This document shows positions 61,490 to 64,000 of a DNA stretch of 64,000 bases, one piece after another. The notes below the pieces were generated by a model that had not been told where the DNA came from, ran no database searches, and saw nothing but the letters and a program-made list of their open reading frames with translations. Each line of letters opens with the position of its first letter. Within the stretch, counting starts at the first letter, position 1. Source of the DNA: Eledone cirrhosa (Eukaryota); NCBI GenBank assembly GCA_964016885.1, contig OZ024741.1, forward strand, positions 188,170,001 to 188,234,000, read 5' to 3'. The translations under genes and the position numbers were made by a program.

Positions 61490-62170
61490 TCTCATGGCCA
61501 CCACCATTAATGTGGGCACTCTGAAAGGTAGATCTGGAGAAATTGTGAGCTACTTGATAGGAGACAAAAAGATATGTGCTGTATTCAAAAAGTGAAATAG
61601 TGGAGAGCCTGAAAGCAGACCCCAGACATAAGCTTTTCTGGGTAGGAAATAATTGTTTCTACTATTGGCACAAGGCCAGCAATTACCCAGTGCATTACTG
61701 GTACTTTATTTTATCGACCCCGTAAGGATGAAAGGTAAAGTTAACCTCAGTGGGATTTGAACTCAGAATGGCAAGGGCCGGAAATAATGATAGGATATGT
61801 GGAGTATGCAGAAGTGAATAGATAAGTAGTTAGAGTGACAGAATTATCTAGCGCAAAATAGTCATAGACAATAGACTGACAACAATTATGTCTACTTATG
61901 CACCACAATCAGGTCTAAGCAAAGAACAAAAAGGACCATTTCTATGAGGAACTGCTACAGACAACCTCAGTTACAGATAACAGAGACCTCATCATTCAAG
62001 CTGGTAACTTCAATCAACAGGATGGGTAGCACCAAGAGGGTTACATTAAAGTACAAGATGGCTATGATTATTGGTTGAGAAATGAAGAGGGTGTGAGAAT
62101 TCTGTGATGCAAATGACACTAACTTTAGGAAACAAGCCAGCCACCTAATCACCTACCAATCAGGCAAAAC
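61490..62170 (+). mobile_element. RTE LINE AP-endonuclease fragment, interrupted by a young SINE (61654-61779, TSD ggaaataat)
   Basis: TINVGTLKGRSGEIV, STYAPQSG, AGNFN and TNFRKQASHLITYQSG motifs. Confidence 0.8.
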
Positions 62171-62329
62171 ACAATGCTTATTAACACTTTGGTTTTTGCT
62201 AAGATGACTCTCGACCCTTTTGATTTTAAGTTCTGTTTTTATAGCTGGAATGTATTTGCTAGTTCTTCCACAGATTCAGCTATGTGGACCAGATCATTGG
62301 CATACACAGGTTTCATGAACAACCAGTCT

Positions 62330-63600
62330 TAAACACTTCTGTTATGACCTGGAGAATTATAATAAACAAAAGTGTGCTGCAGAGAGAACCCTGATGTACC
62401 TTTAATTTCTCACTAAACTCATTTATATTCTCACTTTACTGACAGCTCCTATGTACATGGCTTGCACTGCTCTCACAAGCCACTCTTCTACACTTAGTTT
62501 CCTTAAGGACCACCAGATGACACATTGAGGTACTCTGTCAAAGGCTTTCTCTAGATCAACAAAAGCTAGATTTAGAGGCTTACTCTTAGCTACGAACTTC
62601 CCATGGCTTTACCATTTTTCATCTCCTTGCTTATTTCTTTGACCCTGTAACTATCAATTTTGATAGCTCGTCCCTCTGTTGGGTCAATTGGCGATAATCA
62701 CTCTTACCCCATTCATTAACCTCTCATAGTAACATTTCCAGGCCTGTTTCCTTTAAGCATCAGTGTCATTTCGAACACACTTTTCCCCAACAATATCATG
62801 ATTCACACTGATACAATGCATAGCTAGGGAGAACACCTCACACCTCTGATCCTCACATTGCAAGGTATTGGCGAACCTCCTTCTTTCAGCCTCTTTTCAT
62901 GCTATTGTATATCTGTTGTCTTGACTCTCTTTTAGTTACCTGGTACTGGCCTCTGCTGCCTCCATTTTCCACACTTGACTTATGGCTTTAAAGGCTCTAT
63001 CCACTGAGCTGTTTTCACTACCAGGTCACCCTCTGTCTGGCTTTGTTTGCTCCAACCACAATAGCCAGAAGTATGTTATCATGTACAAACTTTCAAATGT
63101 GCTCTATGTCAAATGTGTCTAACTTGTCTTACTTCTCATATATCTCTCGTAAAGTTTTCCTGAACCCATACTTAACAGAAAGATCCTTCTAAACTCTTCT
63201 CCTCAGATTCTCCTGTCTTGAGCTTATGCTGATGTCGCTAATAACTAACTTGTGTTGAGAAGTGCATTCTTCTCTGGAGAAGACCTCAACCATCTGTCAA
63301 TCTTGCTTTCTAACAAGTACAAAGTCAATCTGTTTTGTATGTTCACCTGATTGGCAGGTAATCAGGTGGCTGGTTGGTTTCCAGAAGTTAGTGTTGCAAA
63401 TGATGAGATCATTTGCATCACAGAATTCCAGGAGTCTCATTCTCTTTTCCTCTCTCAAGCTATAGCCGCAGCAATAGCCTTGTGTGCACCAGCGTAGCCC
63501 TCCTTGTGCTGTCCAACATAACCATTAAAGTTGCTTGCTAGGATGATGAAGTCTCTGTCATCAGTGTCTGAAGTATAATTCTTCATAGAAATGACCCAAT
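62330..63600 (-). mobile_element. Decayed RTE LINE (endonuclease to RT)
   Basis: Reverse-complement similarity to 37230-37380 and 62050-62165; LAFVDLEKAFDRVP motif. Confidence 0.8.
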
Positions 63601-63800
63601 ATATCATTCATCATCATTCATTTCATTTTACGTCCGCTTTTTCCCTGCTTGCAAGGGTGGGACAGGAACTGATTCTGGCTTGATTTCTACAGCTGGATGC
63701 CCTTCCTAACACCAACCTCATTTACAGTGAGTGCTGGGTGCTTTTTTGCTGTGGCACCTCCACGACCACTTTGTAGTGGAATGATATGGACCCCAGTCCC

Positions 63801-63877
63801 TATCATCTCATTTCTACAGCTGAGTAAACTGGAGCAATGTGAAATAAAGTTTACTCAGCTGTAGAAATGAGATGATA
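63801..63877. repeat. Perfect 30-bp inverted repeat derived from a SINE family-2 fragment, followed by (TA)n
   Basis: Arms at 63801-63830 and 63848-63877. Sequence resembles 52112-52153. Confidence 0.9.
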
Positions 63878-64000
63878 ATATATATATATATATATGTAGG
63901 AGGTGAGTTTTATTGTAGTACAATAAAGCAATGCAGATATCAGATAAGAAGCACTCTACAGTTTGTAGGACTGGAGTATACATAATATAAGATCAAAAGA

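Overview
AT-rich, repeat-dominated animal genomic DNA. The giant (TA)n arrays and the SINE/RTE/L1/mariner/Penelope mix suggest an octopus-like cephalopod; this is inference, not a database match. The only host gene I can support is the 3' end of FBXO11 on the minus strand. Five coding exons (45626-45711, 42764-42984, 37896-38114, 36389-36497, 35181-35409) have GT-AG boundaries and compatible phases, and encode CASH/beta-helix repeats plus the C-terminal UBR-type zinc finger. I found no upstream exons, so 45.7-64 kb is probably intron. The rest is microsatellite arrays, a 200-N gap, tRNA-derived SINEs, decayed RTE and L1/Tx1 LINEs, two mariner relics, a TTAA-flanked MITE family and a Penelope-like relic. 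The most striking signal is a set of short inserts in or beside (TA)n tracts that are fold-back hairpins and/or carry type I hammerhead ribozyme motifs. The best example is 60187-60567, with an intact hammerhead core on each strand. There is also a marked CpG-content step between about 12 and 18 kb. Nearly all long ORFs in the supplied track are microsatellite artefacts.
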